Shown one piece after another: positions 28,606-38,166 of a stretch of DNA of 64,000 nucleotides (its first letter is position 1; every line of letters starts with the position of its first letter). The notes beneath the pieces were generated by a model. The model was not told the origin of the DNA. It worked only from the letters and a program-made list of their open reading frames with translations, and made no database searches. The translations under genes and the position numbers were made by a program. The DNA lies in the NCBI GenBank assembly GCA_000165345.1, contig CM000434.1, positions 416,001 to 480,000 of the forward strand, given 5' to 3'.

Positions 28606-31443
28606 TTATTTTTCATTAATCGAATTTCTTGAGTTTTTTATTCTATTTGCAGAATTGATCGCTCTTTGAATTTTTATTCCTTTAAATTCGATTATTTTTC
28701 TTTGATTAGACTCTGCAGCACGTAATTTAAGAACTTCTAGTCTGTTCTTTTTAATATTTTTATTAACCGATTTGTCATTAGCATCGGGGGAAATTAATTT
28801 CCTATTATATTTAGTTTTAGAATTTATCTTATTTATATTATCACTGAGATTAGGAGGTTTGAATTTTTCGTCATTTGATAAATAAGTTTTCGTGTCATCA
28901 ATGTTCACTTTGTCATTTGTTATCATACAAGAAATTGGTATATTGTTTCCCCAAAATAATTTATGAGCATATAAATTGCCAAGAGTAAATCTGAAATATT
29001 TATCTAAGTATTTTTTTGAAGATTGATGTTTTTCTTCAGAGTCATTCAAATCAAAATTTATTTGAAAAACATCTTGTTCAAACTTCGTGTTTTTTTGTGG
29101 TAAATAAAGTAAACCAATAAACTGAAGTGTATTCATAACTCGAATAAATCTACTGAATAAATCTTTATATTGATCAGGAAGACAATTTATTTCTAACCTT
29201 ACTTTATTAGTTTTTTCAAGTTTATTTTTTGAATCAGATTTATTGCAATATTTATTTGAGCTGTCCATTATTTGCTTACAAAATGTAGAAAATAATTTAA
29301 ACAAATTTATTTTATTTCCATTATTTAAAGTGTAAATTTTATAAATTGCTGAAAAGTCATCAAAAATATTTTCATTATCACAAGTTTGGTCAAGCTCATT
29401 GATTATTTTCGGAATAAAATTAGGTGTAAGAATTTCTTCTAAAAAATAGTCCATTTGATTAGAAAAAGTTTTAATATTTGAATAGATAAATATGCGAAAA
29501 ACATTATCACTAATATGCTCTGAAAGCTGTGATTCATCAAATGAATGAATGAAAAGTTTTGAAATGTTACATTCAAAAGTTTTGATATTCCATGGAAGCT
29601 CAATGAATGCTTGATTTTTTATTTCATAAAAAGATTTATTTCTTGTTAAAAAAATCTCGGTAATATTATTTATTTTTGTAAAAACTATGTTTTTATCTAA
29701 GGCAACGTTATTTATACCTTTAATTTCACGAGTTAGATTGCCTATTTTTTTAGTCAGTTCCTTTCTTCTATTCCTTTCGAGTACCTCTAACCATTCGATA
29801 ATCAAGTTATATCGCTCGTTAATATCAAATATATTTAACATATCCGAAAGTATGGTATTAATAATACACAATCCTAGAGCTATGGACTTTAGGTTCAATT
29901 TAAGCAGAGAAATTTCAACTATTGCTGCTTCTCTTAACTTAATTCCAGATAAAAAACTTTCTTCATTTATCTGGTATTTGAGTTTCAATTGATCTATTAT
30001 TTGTTTGCTAAGATCCTGAATACTTATTTCCTCTTTACGTTGAAACAAAAAATCAAAGTGATTATCTGTGAAATGCAATTGAAATATAATAAAAATAGTC
30101 TTCAAAGAAGAAGTTATACTGTAATCATACTGAAAGAAGTTATCTTTTATATGCCTTATGCATGCAGAAGATAAAAGTGGGAAGGAAAAAAGTTCTGATT
30201 CAGAATCAGTGATTGCGTTGGAAGGATCATTTAATTCAAGATTATTTCCTGGTATTAACTCTTTAAATTTTACAAAATTGCCTTTAAGAAAAATTCTTGA
30301 AGTAAAGTCATCTAAATGTAGAAGTGGATTTATTATTGACTGAAAGAAAGCCATCTTTGAGTCTAGCAATTTTACGGAAATAAATTTCAATCTATTCATA
30401 ATGGCTTGACCGACAATGCGCTGAGCATATAATATATTAGTTGAAATACCCAAAATTATTGTGAATGTGATTTTATATGTTTCTTTAATTTGAGATATAA
30501 TTTCGAGCAGTTGTCCTAGTTGACCGGGAGCAAGGCATTCACTACTTGGAATCAAAATAATTATGGGCTTAATATTTAAATTGTTTTTCTTTCTCATTTT
30601 AAATATCGACCCAATAAATTTGAGGCCTTTAATAATGTTTATGTATTTTTGGTTACTGTTTCCATTTGATAAAGAAAATTTTGAACTGTCGAAATTAAAT
30701 GGAATGGTTTGGATAGGTAACCACTTGTTTTTACTTTCAACTTTAGAGGAATCAGAAAAAACTATTTTTTTGTTTAAGTCAAAGTGAGTTTCTTTTATTC
30801 CAGAGTGTTCAATGTTACATTTCCTTTTATTCCTTTTAACTCTGTCAGCTAATTTTTCATCATTTTCTTTTAGTTTATTAAGATAAGTTGATTTCCCAGC
30901 CAATGAGTCATTCTCGTAATCATATCCTTTTTGAGAATCAATAAAATTATTTTCCTCAATTAGCAAGTCTAAAAATTTATCTTTAATGCTATTCCAGATT
31001 GTCTCTAATAATTTTGATACGTTTAATCCTTCGATACCTATTTTCTCGTGGTCCAAGAATATTGTATATGGCTGGCCTGAAGAATTGAGTAGTTCTTCCA
31101 AAACATTAAATGTTATAAGATGGTCGCAATTGTTTGATCCTGATAGCGCACCTATGACAGTTAGCTCGTAGTTTACATCATGATCCACGAGGGAATCAAT
31201 GCTTTCGAGTATTTTTACCATCCCATCGCTCATCTCAAGTCTAAAACCATTTAGAAATTTTGAGAAAAATAAATTCCAAGATTTATTAAACGATAAATTG
31301 AAGTCATTTTTACAGTAGGTAAATGGCCTAACAGCTCCAAATGGAGTGAATATATTGCTTTTATCCGTTTTTTTTGAGTTGGAAAATTTGATATTTTCTT
31401 TTCTATATTCTATTACAGAGATATCAAATGGTTTATCCTGCAT
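28606..31443 (-). CDS. Origin recognition complex subunit 3 (ORC3)-like protein, tentative
   Basis: 945-aa ORF. Block PIIILIPSSECLAPGQLGQLLEIISQIKETYKITFTIILGISTNILYAQRIVGQAIMNRLKFISVKLLDSKMAFFQSIINPLL parallels the human ORC3 N-domain [80 protein letters not shown]. Following DFS/HF block also similar. Weak, pattern-level similarity only. Confidence 0.45.
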   Translation of the reverse strand: MQDKPFDISVIEYRKENIKFSNSKKTDKSNIFTPFGAVRPFTYCKNDFNLSFNKSWNLFFSKFLNGFRLEMSDGMVKILESIDSLVDHDVNYELTVIGALSGSNNCDHLITFNVLEELLNSSGQPYTIFLDHEKIGIEGLNVSKLLETIWNSIKDKFLDLLIEENNFIDSQKGYDYENDSLAGKSTYLNKLKENDEKLADRVKRNKRKCNIEHSGIKETHFDLNKKIVFSDSSKVESKNKWLPIQTIPFNFDSSKFSLSNGNSNQKYINIIKGLKFIGSIFKMRKKNNLNIKPIIILIPSSECLAPGQLGQLLEIISQIKETYKITFTIILGISTNILYAQRIVGQAIMNRLKFISVKLLDSKMAFFQSIINPLLHLDDFTSRIFLKGNFVKFKELIPGNNLELNDPSNAITDSESELFSFPLLSSACIRHIKDNFFQYDYSITSSLKTIFIIFQLHFTDNHFDFLFQRKEEISIQDLSKQIIDQLKLKYQINEESFLSGIKLREAAIVEISLLKLNLKSIALGLCIINTILSDMLNIFDINERYNLIIEWLEVLERNRRKELTKKIGNLTREIKGINNVALDKNIVFTKINNITEIFLTRNKSFYEIKNQAFIELPWNIKTFECNISKLFIHSFDESQLSEHISDNVFRIFIYSNIKTFSNQMDYFLEEILTPNFIPKIINELDQTCDNENIFDDFSAIYKIYTLNNGNKINLFKLFSTFCKQIMDSSNKYCNKSDSKNKLEKTNKVRLEINCLPDQYKDLFSRFIRVMNTLQFIGLLYLPQKNTKFEQDVFQINFDLNDSEEKHQSSKKYLDKYFRFTLGNLYAHKLFWGNNIPISCMITNDKVNIDDTKTYLSNDEKFKPPNLSDNINKINSKTKYNRKLISPDANDKSVNKNIKKNRLEVLKLRAAESNQRKIIEFKGIKIQRAINSANRIKNSRNSINEK

Positions 31444-31644
31444 ATTATTAATTCTAAAATTCCATTTAGGTATTTGGTTATTCGGATGTTATATTAATTA
31501 ATACAAATAATAAACGAATTAAGAACTTATATATTTTAATTATCTTTACTTATTACTTAACATATTTATCCACTATACATTAGTTCGTCCTCCCATTCAT
31601 AATGCGCTAAGACATTTTATTATCGAAATTTTAGTTAAATAAAA

Positions 31645-32057
31645 ATGAAAAATAAAATAAAAGCTTTAGCGACGTCTAATTCCTCAATAGAAAACAATAA
31701 TAAAGTATTCAAACAATGCAGATTAATCGGGACAGTGCTTTTCGGGACTTTAGCAGGAATTTTGGGGTTTAAGGGATTTTCAGGTAAGTCATCTTATGAT
31801 TATTAATATTCCTATTAAACTTCTGTTTTAGGCATTATGTTCTATATTTACTCCTTAATAACTACTTTAATCATCATAGTACTGAAGATAAGAATTAATA
31901 AGTGCAATCACTATTTTGACACGTTTAATGAAGTATTAGGAATTGGTGATTACTTTCTAGTAAGTTCTCAGAAAATAAATATAAATAAATGACTAATTTT
32001 TAGAGTTTTATTCTTTTTTGGTCGATTTCATATTGTATTTGCCACATTTACTATTGA
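31645..32057 (+). CDS. EMC6: ER membrane protein complex subunit 6 (EMC6/TMEM93), 3 exons: 31645..31783, 31832..31959, 32004..32057; absent from the ORF track
   Basis: Spliced product MKNKIKALATSNSSIENNNKVFKQCRLIGTVLFGTLAGILGFKGFSGIMFYIYSLITTLIIIVLKIRINKCNHYFDTFNEVLGIGDYFLSFILFWSISYCICHIYY* (106 aa) aligns along its length with human EMC6 (...[82 protein letters not shown]). Introns of 48 and 44 nt, both GTAAGT...TTTTAG, phases 1 and 0. Confidence 0.7.
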
Positions 32058-32242
32058 CTTAGTTTATCAAGGCTCAAAAAGATGAATAGGCATTCTCAGC
32101 ATCTTTAGAAAAAAAATGGCGGAATAAATCTTATTTGATGGAAAGTAGGTCATTCAAGTAATAAATTTACAGAATTTAAATACCTGACAGTCTAATAAAT
32201 TAGATACATTTCATATTAGTACTGGTTAAATTGGCCACATAT

Positions 32243-32249
32243 GGCGGGA
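32243..32249 (+). promoter_or_regulatory. E2F-like GC box (ATGGCGGGAC) about 185 nt upstream of the RNR R1 ATG
   Basis: GGCGGGA in an otherwise AT-rich spacer. E2F-type GGCGGGAAA/TTTGGCGC boxes are the established dominant upstream motif class of DNA-replication genes in Cryptosporidium-like apicomplexans. Position and target gene (S-phase RNR) fit. Confidence 0.4.
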
Positions 32250-32270
32250 CCCCACATGGAAAGCTAATCT

Positions 32271-32281
32271 ATTCCCCACTT
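32271..32281 (+). promoter_or_regulatory. ATTCCCCACTT element upstream of RNR R1 (149 nt before the ATG); member of a recurring TCCCCAC(T) promoter motif
   Basis: Same core in sense orientation at 20705..20715 (ACTCCCCACTT, 144 nt upstream of the kinesin ATG at 20859), 26696..26704 (minus-strand ATTCCCCAC, 158 nt upstream of the kinesin ATG at 26538) and 54367..54377 (CGTCCCCACTT, 211 nt upstream of the METTL16 ATG). A second CCCCAC lies at 32251..32256. Each copy sits 10-25 nt from a GC box (GGCGGGA; poly-C/CGC at 20683..20696; ACCGCG at 26673..26678; CGTCGCGG at 54400..54407). Confidence 0.35.
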
Positions 32282-32429
32282 AATTGTGTGGAAATGTGCT
32301 CGTAACGCCCCACCGAAGTGAATGGAAAATTTGTTTTAGTATTTTTTGTCGCATGCTCGAACACTAAATAAGGTTAAAACAACTAATTCGTAATATTAAT
32401 TGGGTCTTAAATTCCAATAATCATAAATA

Positions 32430-34841
32430 ATGTATGTGGTGAACAGAAAGGGTGAAGAGGAGCCTGTATCATTTGACCAGATTCTTAGCAGAATCACTAA
32501 ATTATCATATGGACTTCATCCACTTGTTGACCCAGCGAGGGTTACTCAAGCAGTGATAAATGGTCTATATAGTGGAATCAAAACATCTGAATTGGACGAA
32601 CTTGCTTCGCAAACTTGTGCATATATGGCAGCTACCCACAATGATTTCTCTAAACTCGCTGCTCGGATATCGACTTCTAATCTACACAAAAATACTTCTT
32701 CTGATATTGGTGATGTTGCATCGCAACTATATAATTTTAAAGACAATCAAGGTTGCCCTGCTCCTTTAATTTCAAAACCTGTTTATGATTTTATCATGGA
32801 AAATAGAGAAAGAATTAATTCAAAAATTGATTTTTCAAAGGATTTTGAATACGATTATTTTGCCTTCAAAACTCTAGAAAGATCCTATCTTCTTAAAATT
32901 GACAACAAAGTTGTGGAAAGACCACAACATCTTCTGATGCGGGTCTCTTGTGGTATTCATTGTGGTGATATTGAAGCTGCACTTGAAACATATGAGTTGT
33001 TATCGCAAAAATATTTTACTCATGCAACACCCACACTCTTTAATTCAGGCACTCCACGACCTCAAATGTCATCTTGTTTTTTACTCAGGATTCCAGAAGA
33101 TTCAATAAACGGTATCTTTGACACACTAACTAAATGCGCAAACATTAGTAAGACTGCGGGTGGTCTTGGGGTGGCAGTGAGTAATATTAGAGGAACTGGT
33201 TCATATATTCGAGGAACAAATGGGAGATCTAATGGATTAATTCCGATGCTGCGCGTTTATAATGACACTGCTAGGTATATTGATCAAGGTGGAGGGAAGC
33301 GTAAAGGTGCCATTGCAATTTATTTGGAGCCGTGGCACGTTGATGTTGTAGAGTTTATTGAAATCAGGAAGAATCACGGAAAGGAAGAGATGAGATGTCG
33401 CGATCTCTTTCCTGCCCTTTGGGTTCCTGATCTGTTCATGGAAAGAGTTGAGAAGGATCAAGATTGGACTCTAATGTGCCCAGATGAATGCAGGGGATTG
33501 CAAGATGTTTGGGGCGATGATTTTAAGAAGCTATATGAAGAGTATGAGAAACAAGGCCGTGGAAGGAAAACGATGAAAGCGCAGAAACTTTGGTTCTTAA
33601 TCTTACAGGCTCAAATTGAGACGGGGACACCATTTATTTGTTATAAAGATGCTGCAAATAGCAAAAGTAACCAGAAAAATTTGGGAACTATTGTTTCAAG
33701 TAACTTATGCACAGAAATCATAGAATACACTAGCACGGACGAAGTTGCCGTCTGTAATCTGGCGTCTATTGGCCTTCCAAAATTCGTTGATAAAAATAAC
33801 AAGACGTTTGATTTTGATAAGTTAAAAGAAGTTACGAAGGTGATTACGAGGAATTTGAATAAATTGATTGACGTTGGATATTATTCTCTCAAAGAGTGTA
33901 AAAAATCGAATTTAAGACATCGTCCATTGGGGATTGGCATTCAAGGGCTCGCAGACTGTTTTATGATGCTTCGTATGCCGTACGAGTCTGAGGGAGCTAA
34001 GAAGTTAAATAAACAAATTTTTGAAGTTATCTATTATGCAGCTCTCGACGCTAGCTGTGAGCTTGCAGAAAAATACGGGCCATACGAAACATATTCCGGT
34101 TCGCCTGCGAGTAAGGGTATTTTACAATTTGATATGTGGGGAGTTACACCAGACTCTGGACTTTGTGATTGGGATTTGCTTAAAGATAGGATTTCCAAAC
34201 ATGGTATTCGTAATTCTCTATTAATATCTCCAATGCCAACAGCATCCACTTCGCAAATTTTAGGTAACAATGAGAGTTTTGAGCCATTTACCTCGAACAT
34301 TTATCATCGTAGAGTACTATCTGGTGAGTTCTTTGTAGTAAATCCGCATTTGCTAAATGATTTACTAGAGCTTGGGTTATGGGATGATAGGCTTAAGCAG
34401 AATATTATTGCAAATAATGGCAGTATTCAAAATATACTTACAATTCCGGAAGATATACGCGAGCTTTATAAGACTGTATGGGAAATTAAGCAAAAGACAG
34501 TAATTGATATGGCTGCAGATAGGGGTCCATATGTTTGTCAATCGCAATCTTTGAACATTCATATGGAAAATGCTAACTTTGCAAAGTTATCATCTATGCA
34601 TTTTTATGGTTGGAAAAAAGGTCTAAAAACAGGCATTTATTATTTAAGGACCCAAAGCGCGACACGCCCCATACAATTTACAGTAGATCAACAACTCCTG
34701 AAATCGGAAACTAAAGAAAAGGATTCACTGGAGACTAACAAACGACAAGCACTCGAACCAGAGGCACAAAAGCTCATCGCTTGCCCATTAAGACCGACAA
34801 ATATGAAGGATGATGAAGAATGTATGATGTGTTCTGGTTAA
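32430..34841 (+). CDS. Ribonucleoside-diphosphate reductase large subunit (RNR R1)
   Basis: 803 aa. N-terminal ATP-cone ([23 protein letters not shown]), catalytic-site NLCTEI and active-site Cys/Glu context ([12 protein letters not shown]), [12 protein letters not shown], and the C-terminal redox-shuttle CxxC tail (ECMMCSG*). Textbook class Ia R1. Confidence 0.95.
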   Translation: MYVVNRKGEEEPVSFDQILSRITKLSYGLHPLVDPARVTQAVINGLYSGIKTSELDELASQTCAYMAATHNDFSKLAARISTSNLHKNTSSDIGDVASQLYNFKDNQGCPAPLISKPVYDFIMENRERINSKIDFSKDFEYDYFAFKTLERSYLLKIDNKVVERPQHLLMRVSCGIHCGDIEAALETYELLSQKYFTHATPTLFNSGTPRPQMSSCFLLRIPEDSINGIFDTLTKCANISKTAGGLGVAVSNIRGTGSYIRGTNGRSNGLIPMLRVYNDTARYIDQGGGKRKGAIAIYLEPWHVDVVEFIEIRKNHGKEEMRCRDLFPALWVPDLFMERVEKDQDWTLMCPDECRGLQDVWGDDFKKLYEEYEKQGRGRKTMKAQKLWFLILQAQIETGTPFICYKDAANSKSNQKNLGTIVSSNLCTEIIEYTSTDEVAVCNLASIGLPKFVDKNNKTFDFDKLKEVTKVITRNLNKLIDVGYYSLKECKKSNLRHRPLGIGIQGLADCFMMLRMPYESEGAKKLNKQIFEVIYYAALDASCELAEKYGPYETYSGSPASKGILQFDMWGVTPDSGLCDWDLLKDRISKHGIRNSLLISPMPTASTSQILGNNESFEPFTSNIYHRRVLSGEFFVVNPHLLNDLLELGLWDDRLKQNIIANNGSIQNILTIPEDIRELYKTVWEIKQKTVIDMAADRGPYVCQSQSLNIHMENANFAKLSSMHFYGWKKGLKTGIYYLRTQSATRPIQFTVDQQLLKSETKEKDSLETNKRQALEPEAQKLIACPLRPTNMKDDEECMMCSG

Positions 34842-35004
34842 ATAATAGGCTTCAGAGTTCATGGTTTTTAATCAAGTCTTTTAAAATATTTTTTATGCTT
34901 GGTTTTAAGTGTTAATTAGGTGATTCGGTAATTTATTCTTCCACACAGTACACACGCTTAGACCGCCAACTCAAATTGACATTTAAAATTTCTTATCCAC
35001 TGAA

Positions 35005-37434
35005 ATGAAATCTAGAATTATTCCCTCAAAGATTATCAAACTCGGCAAAAACCGAGTTTTTTGTAGGACTTTTCTAATTACTATTCTAATTTTTCTGATT
35101 TTTTTCTTTAAGCGAAGATTGGTGATCGATTTATTGTTGATTGTCGAACTTATATTAATTGACATTTTATTTTCAAAATTCCTAAAGAAAAAAAAGGCGA
35201 TTTACAGTTCTATAAGTTCTACAAATTTAAACTTGGAGAAAAGAAATTCTATTGAGCTTAAAAAATTATCTACTGATAGCTGTAATAACTCCCTTAAGCA
35301 ACAAAAAACTATTAAAAGCCTGAGCGATGACAGAAAATCACGAAAAATTGGGAGAAAAAAAAATAAGGGATATGGCTGGACTCTCACAATTATAGCCTCA
35401 TTAATATTGATATTTACGTCGTTTTATGAAAGCTTTATTGCTAACATTATTTATAAAGAATATTCTAATGAAAAGGAAATAACAAGCCTAATAGATCAAT
35501 ATTCGGAAGAAAGGAAGTATTATAGCAATGTTTTTAAATATAACCCTCCAATTAATTTACCTACTCTAGAATTTTCCAATTGGTTACTCACTAATTGGGT
35601 TTTTAGAACTATTTCAAATTTACCAATTTTATTTTCCGACTATTCAAATATTAAAAAAAAAGGAATTGAATATATCGAAACTGAATTTGATACGTTCATT
35701 AATTTGAAAAAAGGCTCAATATCGAATATAACTAATAATGAACTTGAAAATAGTAAGTTTGATGGGCAAGAAACAAATATTGATTTTGTTTCTGATTCAA
35801 GTGAATTCAATGAAAACGATAGAATAAGTATTGTAATTCCAGCTCATAACGAAGATGAATTTATTAGCAAAACAATAATCTTTACTATTGAGTCAACTCC
35901 AACTGAATTACTAAGAGAGATCATAATTGTTGATGATTTTAGTGAAAAACCAGTGTTTGAAATACTTGAAGAAGAACTTCCAGAAAATTATAAAAAATAT
36001 GTGAAAATAATTAGGTTAAAGAAATGTGAAGGTTTAATAAGATCAAAAATTATTGGTGCAGATGCTGCTTTAGGCCCTAACATATTTTTTTTAGATGGGC
36101 ATTGTAAACCAAAAAAGGGTTGGTCAGAAGCGCTAGTTAAATCAATTAGAGAAAATTACAAGAGAGTTGTATGCCCAATCGTCCAAAGTATTTCAAATAT
36201 TGATTGGAGTGATATAGGAACTGCTGGTGCGAAAATGATGATAGAATGGAACTTTGCATTCCATTGGTATGATGATGGATTACCAGAAATTCCAATAGCA
36301 TCTGGAGGAATATTAATGATTACAAAAAGATGGTGGGAAGAAAGTGGTAAATATGATCCAGGAATGCTTTATTGGGGTGGGGAAAATATTGAGCAAAGTT
36401 TTAGAGTATGGCTTTGCGGCGGAGAAATACATGTGGTAAGAAATTCTTTAGTTGGGCATATTTTTGAAAGAAATAATTCAAATAGAAGAAATCAAGATTT
36501 CCAATATAAAAAAATGTTAATTGATAATATGAATAGCAATCATCAAAGAACAGCATTTGTGTGGTTAAGCGAACAGTTTTATGAAACTTATTTCAAAAAT
36601 TATCATGTATTAGGTTATTTACCTATTAGTTATACTAAGGGCCTAAGCGAAAGACTTTCATTAAAACATATATTAAAGTGCAAACCTTTTGAATGGTATA
36701 TAGGAAAATTTAGACCGGCCTTTGAAAGGCAAGGCGAACTTTATTATAATTTCCACCACATTCAGCATGTAAAAAGCAAATTATGTCTCTCTATAGCAAA
36801 TAAACAGAATGATCGGATTGGAGTTGGAAAAGCTGAGATTGAAATTCCAATGACAGTGGTGCCAAACGATGTATCGAGATATAGCATTAAAACGACAACA
36901 GATTATGATATTTTAGCTTTAAAAACATGTAACTATCTTGATGAATCCCAAAAGTGGAGCTTTATCCTTGGAAATCGGATGTTATATAACTTCAAATCAA
37001 AGAAGTGCTTAGATAAAGCAAGTTCAGTTAATTTATTCAAAAAAATGAAGACAAAGGATTTTATATATTCTCCAAATAACAGCTCAGAATCTAATACTGA
37101 ACTAGAATTGCCTTTACTGTATGAGTGCGACTGGAATCTTGTAATGAGAGCAAGAAATTACAATCAATTTTGGGCATGGAAAGATATTGGCGATAAAAGT
37201 GGAAAAATCGTCAATTGGAGCGGCGATGAGCATAGATCAAATGTAACAGGGGGCGCAGAAGAATTCATAGTCCCAATAAACAAAGGAGTAGATAGCGAAA
37301 GTTACTGTTTGTATTCAAATACTGCTTTAGGTAGTTATGAAGAAACGAAAATGTTTTACAGTAATTGTAAAACAGAAAACAACTCTGAAGAAATTTCATT
37401 TAAGAAAATTTGGAGGCAAAATCTTTTTGTTTGA
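35005..37434 (+). CDS. UDP-GalNAc:polypeptide N-acetylgalactosaminyltransferase (GT27 pp-GalNAc-T) with C-terminal ricin-B lectin domain
   Basis: GT-A catalytic core: IIVDDFSEKP (DxD-like), FLDGHCKP (DxH), Gal/GalNAc-T motif YWGGENIEQSFRVWLCGGEIHVVRNSLVGHIF. C-terminal beta-trefoil with QxW-like repeats (QKWSF, QFWAWKD) and Cys pairs. Hydrophobic N-terminal anchor segments; true initiator may be downstream of 35005. Confidence 0.85.
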   Translation: MKSRIIPSKIIKLGKNRVFCRTFLITILIFLIFFFKRRLVIDLLLIVELILIDILFSKFLKKKKAIYSSISSTNLNLEKRNSIELKKLSTDSCNNSLKQQKTIKSLSDDRKSRKIGRKKNKGYGWTLTIIASLILIFTSFYESFIANIIYKEYSNEKEITSLIDQYSEERKYYSNVFKYNPPINLPTLEFSNWLLTNWVFRTISNLPILFSDYSNIKKKGIEYIETEFDTFINLKKGSISNITNNELENSKFDGQETNIDFVSDSSEFNENDRISIVIPAHNEDEFISKTIIFTIESTPTELLREIIIVDDFSEKPVFEILEEELPENYKKYVKIIRLKKCEGLIRSKIIGADAALGPNIFFLDGHCKPKKGWSEALVKSIRENYKRVVCPIVQSISNIDWSDIGTAGAKMMIEWNFAFHWYDDGLPEIPIASGGILMITKRWWEESGKYDPGMLYWGGENIEQSFRVWLCGGEIHVVRNSLVGHIFERNNSNRRNQDFQYKKMLIDNMNSNHQRTAFVWLSEQFYETYFKNYHVLGYLPISYTKGLSERLSLKHILKCKPFEWYIGKFRPAFERQGELYYNFHHIQHVKSKLCLSIANKQNDRIGVGKAEIEIPMTVVPNDVSRYSIKTTTDYDILALKTCNYLDESQKWSFILGNRMLYNFKSKKCLDKASSVNLFKKMKTKDFIYSPNNSSESNTELELPLLYECDWNLVMRARNYNQFWAWKDIGDKSGKIVNWSGDEHRSNVTGGAEEFIVPINKGVDSESYCLYSNTALGSYEETKMFYSNCKTENNSEEISFKKIWRQNLFV

Positions 37435-38166
37435 AAAATGGAGCTGCATTTTATTTTGAAAAAGTTCAGAAAAATACTCAACTATGTGTTTATACAAAGT
37501 ATTACGTATTAAAGATAGTGATTAAATAAAGTGAATCCCGTAATAATACATATTACTTTATTGCAGCCTGTGATATAAAATGCGAAGTTCTATTATATTT
37601 TCAACACTGCTTTCAAGCTGCTATCCCACACATAAGGAATGCCAATAAAAATTATGGAAACTTTGTTTTCTTTACTTAAATATCAAAACATTCGAAATCC
37701 CGTGATTTAAAGTTGCAGATTTATTTGATTGAATTAAATCAAAACATGCGCACACAAAATTAAATTGTCATTTTGGGTATAATTTTTTTTTTGTAAGAAA
37801 TTTATCAATACAGAGTTGTAACAATTCTAACATGTTTTTGAGTATATTCGGTTTGCAAGTAAATAGTTTGAATTATTTTTACAAGTATTTAGCTATCATT
37901 GTTATCTTGTTCACAAAATATTGTAGCTTATAATATTAAGAAACTCTCTAATCGAGCAACTAATTAAAAAAGGAAAAATAACATACAATAAGAAATATAA
38001 TTAATTTCGGCGATTTTAATGTTTGTACTGCCTATATTTAGAGCTTTTTGTAAAGCTCATTGGAATTAAAATGAGCCAATTTGTTCTTATACAAATTCAA
38101 TTTCTAATTAATATATTTTACAATTGCATTAGGAGTTAGAAACAAAAATCAGTTTTTGAATCGTAG

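Noticed and set aside
37435-38166. 730-nt ORF-free spacer searched for a hidden spliced gene or ncRNA
   Set aside because: Convergent 3' ends of the pp-GalNAc-T and the 2367-aa gene; no exon-like conserved peptide, no GTAAGT...YAG pairs flanking coding-like segments, no tRNA-like GC-rich cloverleaf; interpreted as overlapping 3' UTRs.
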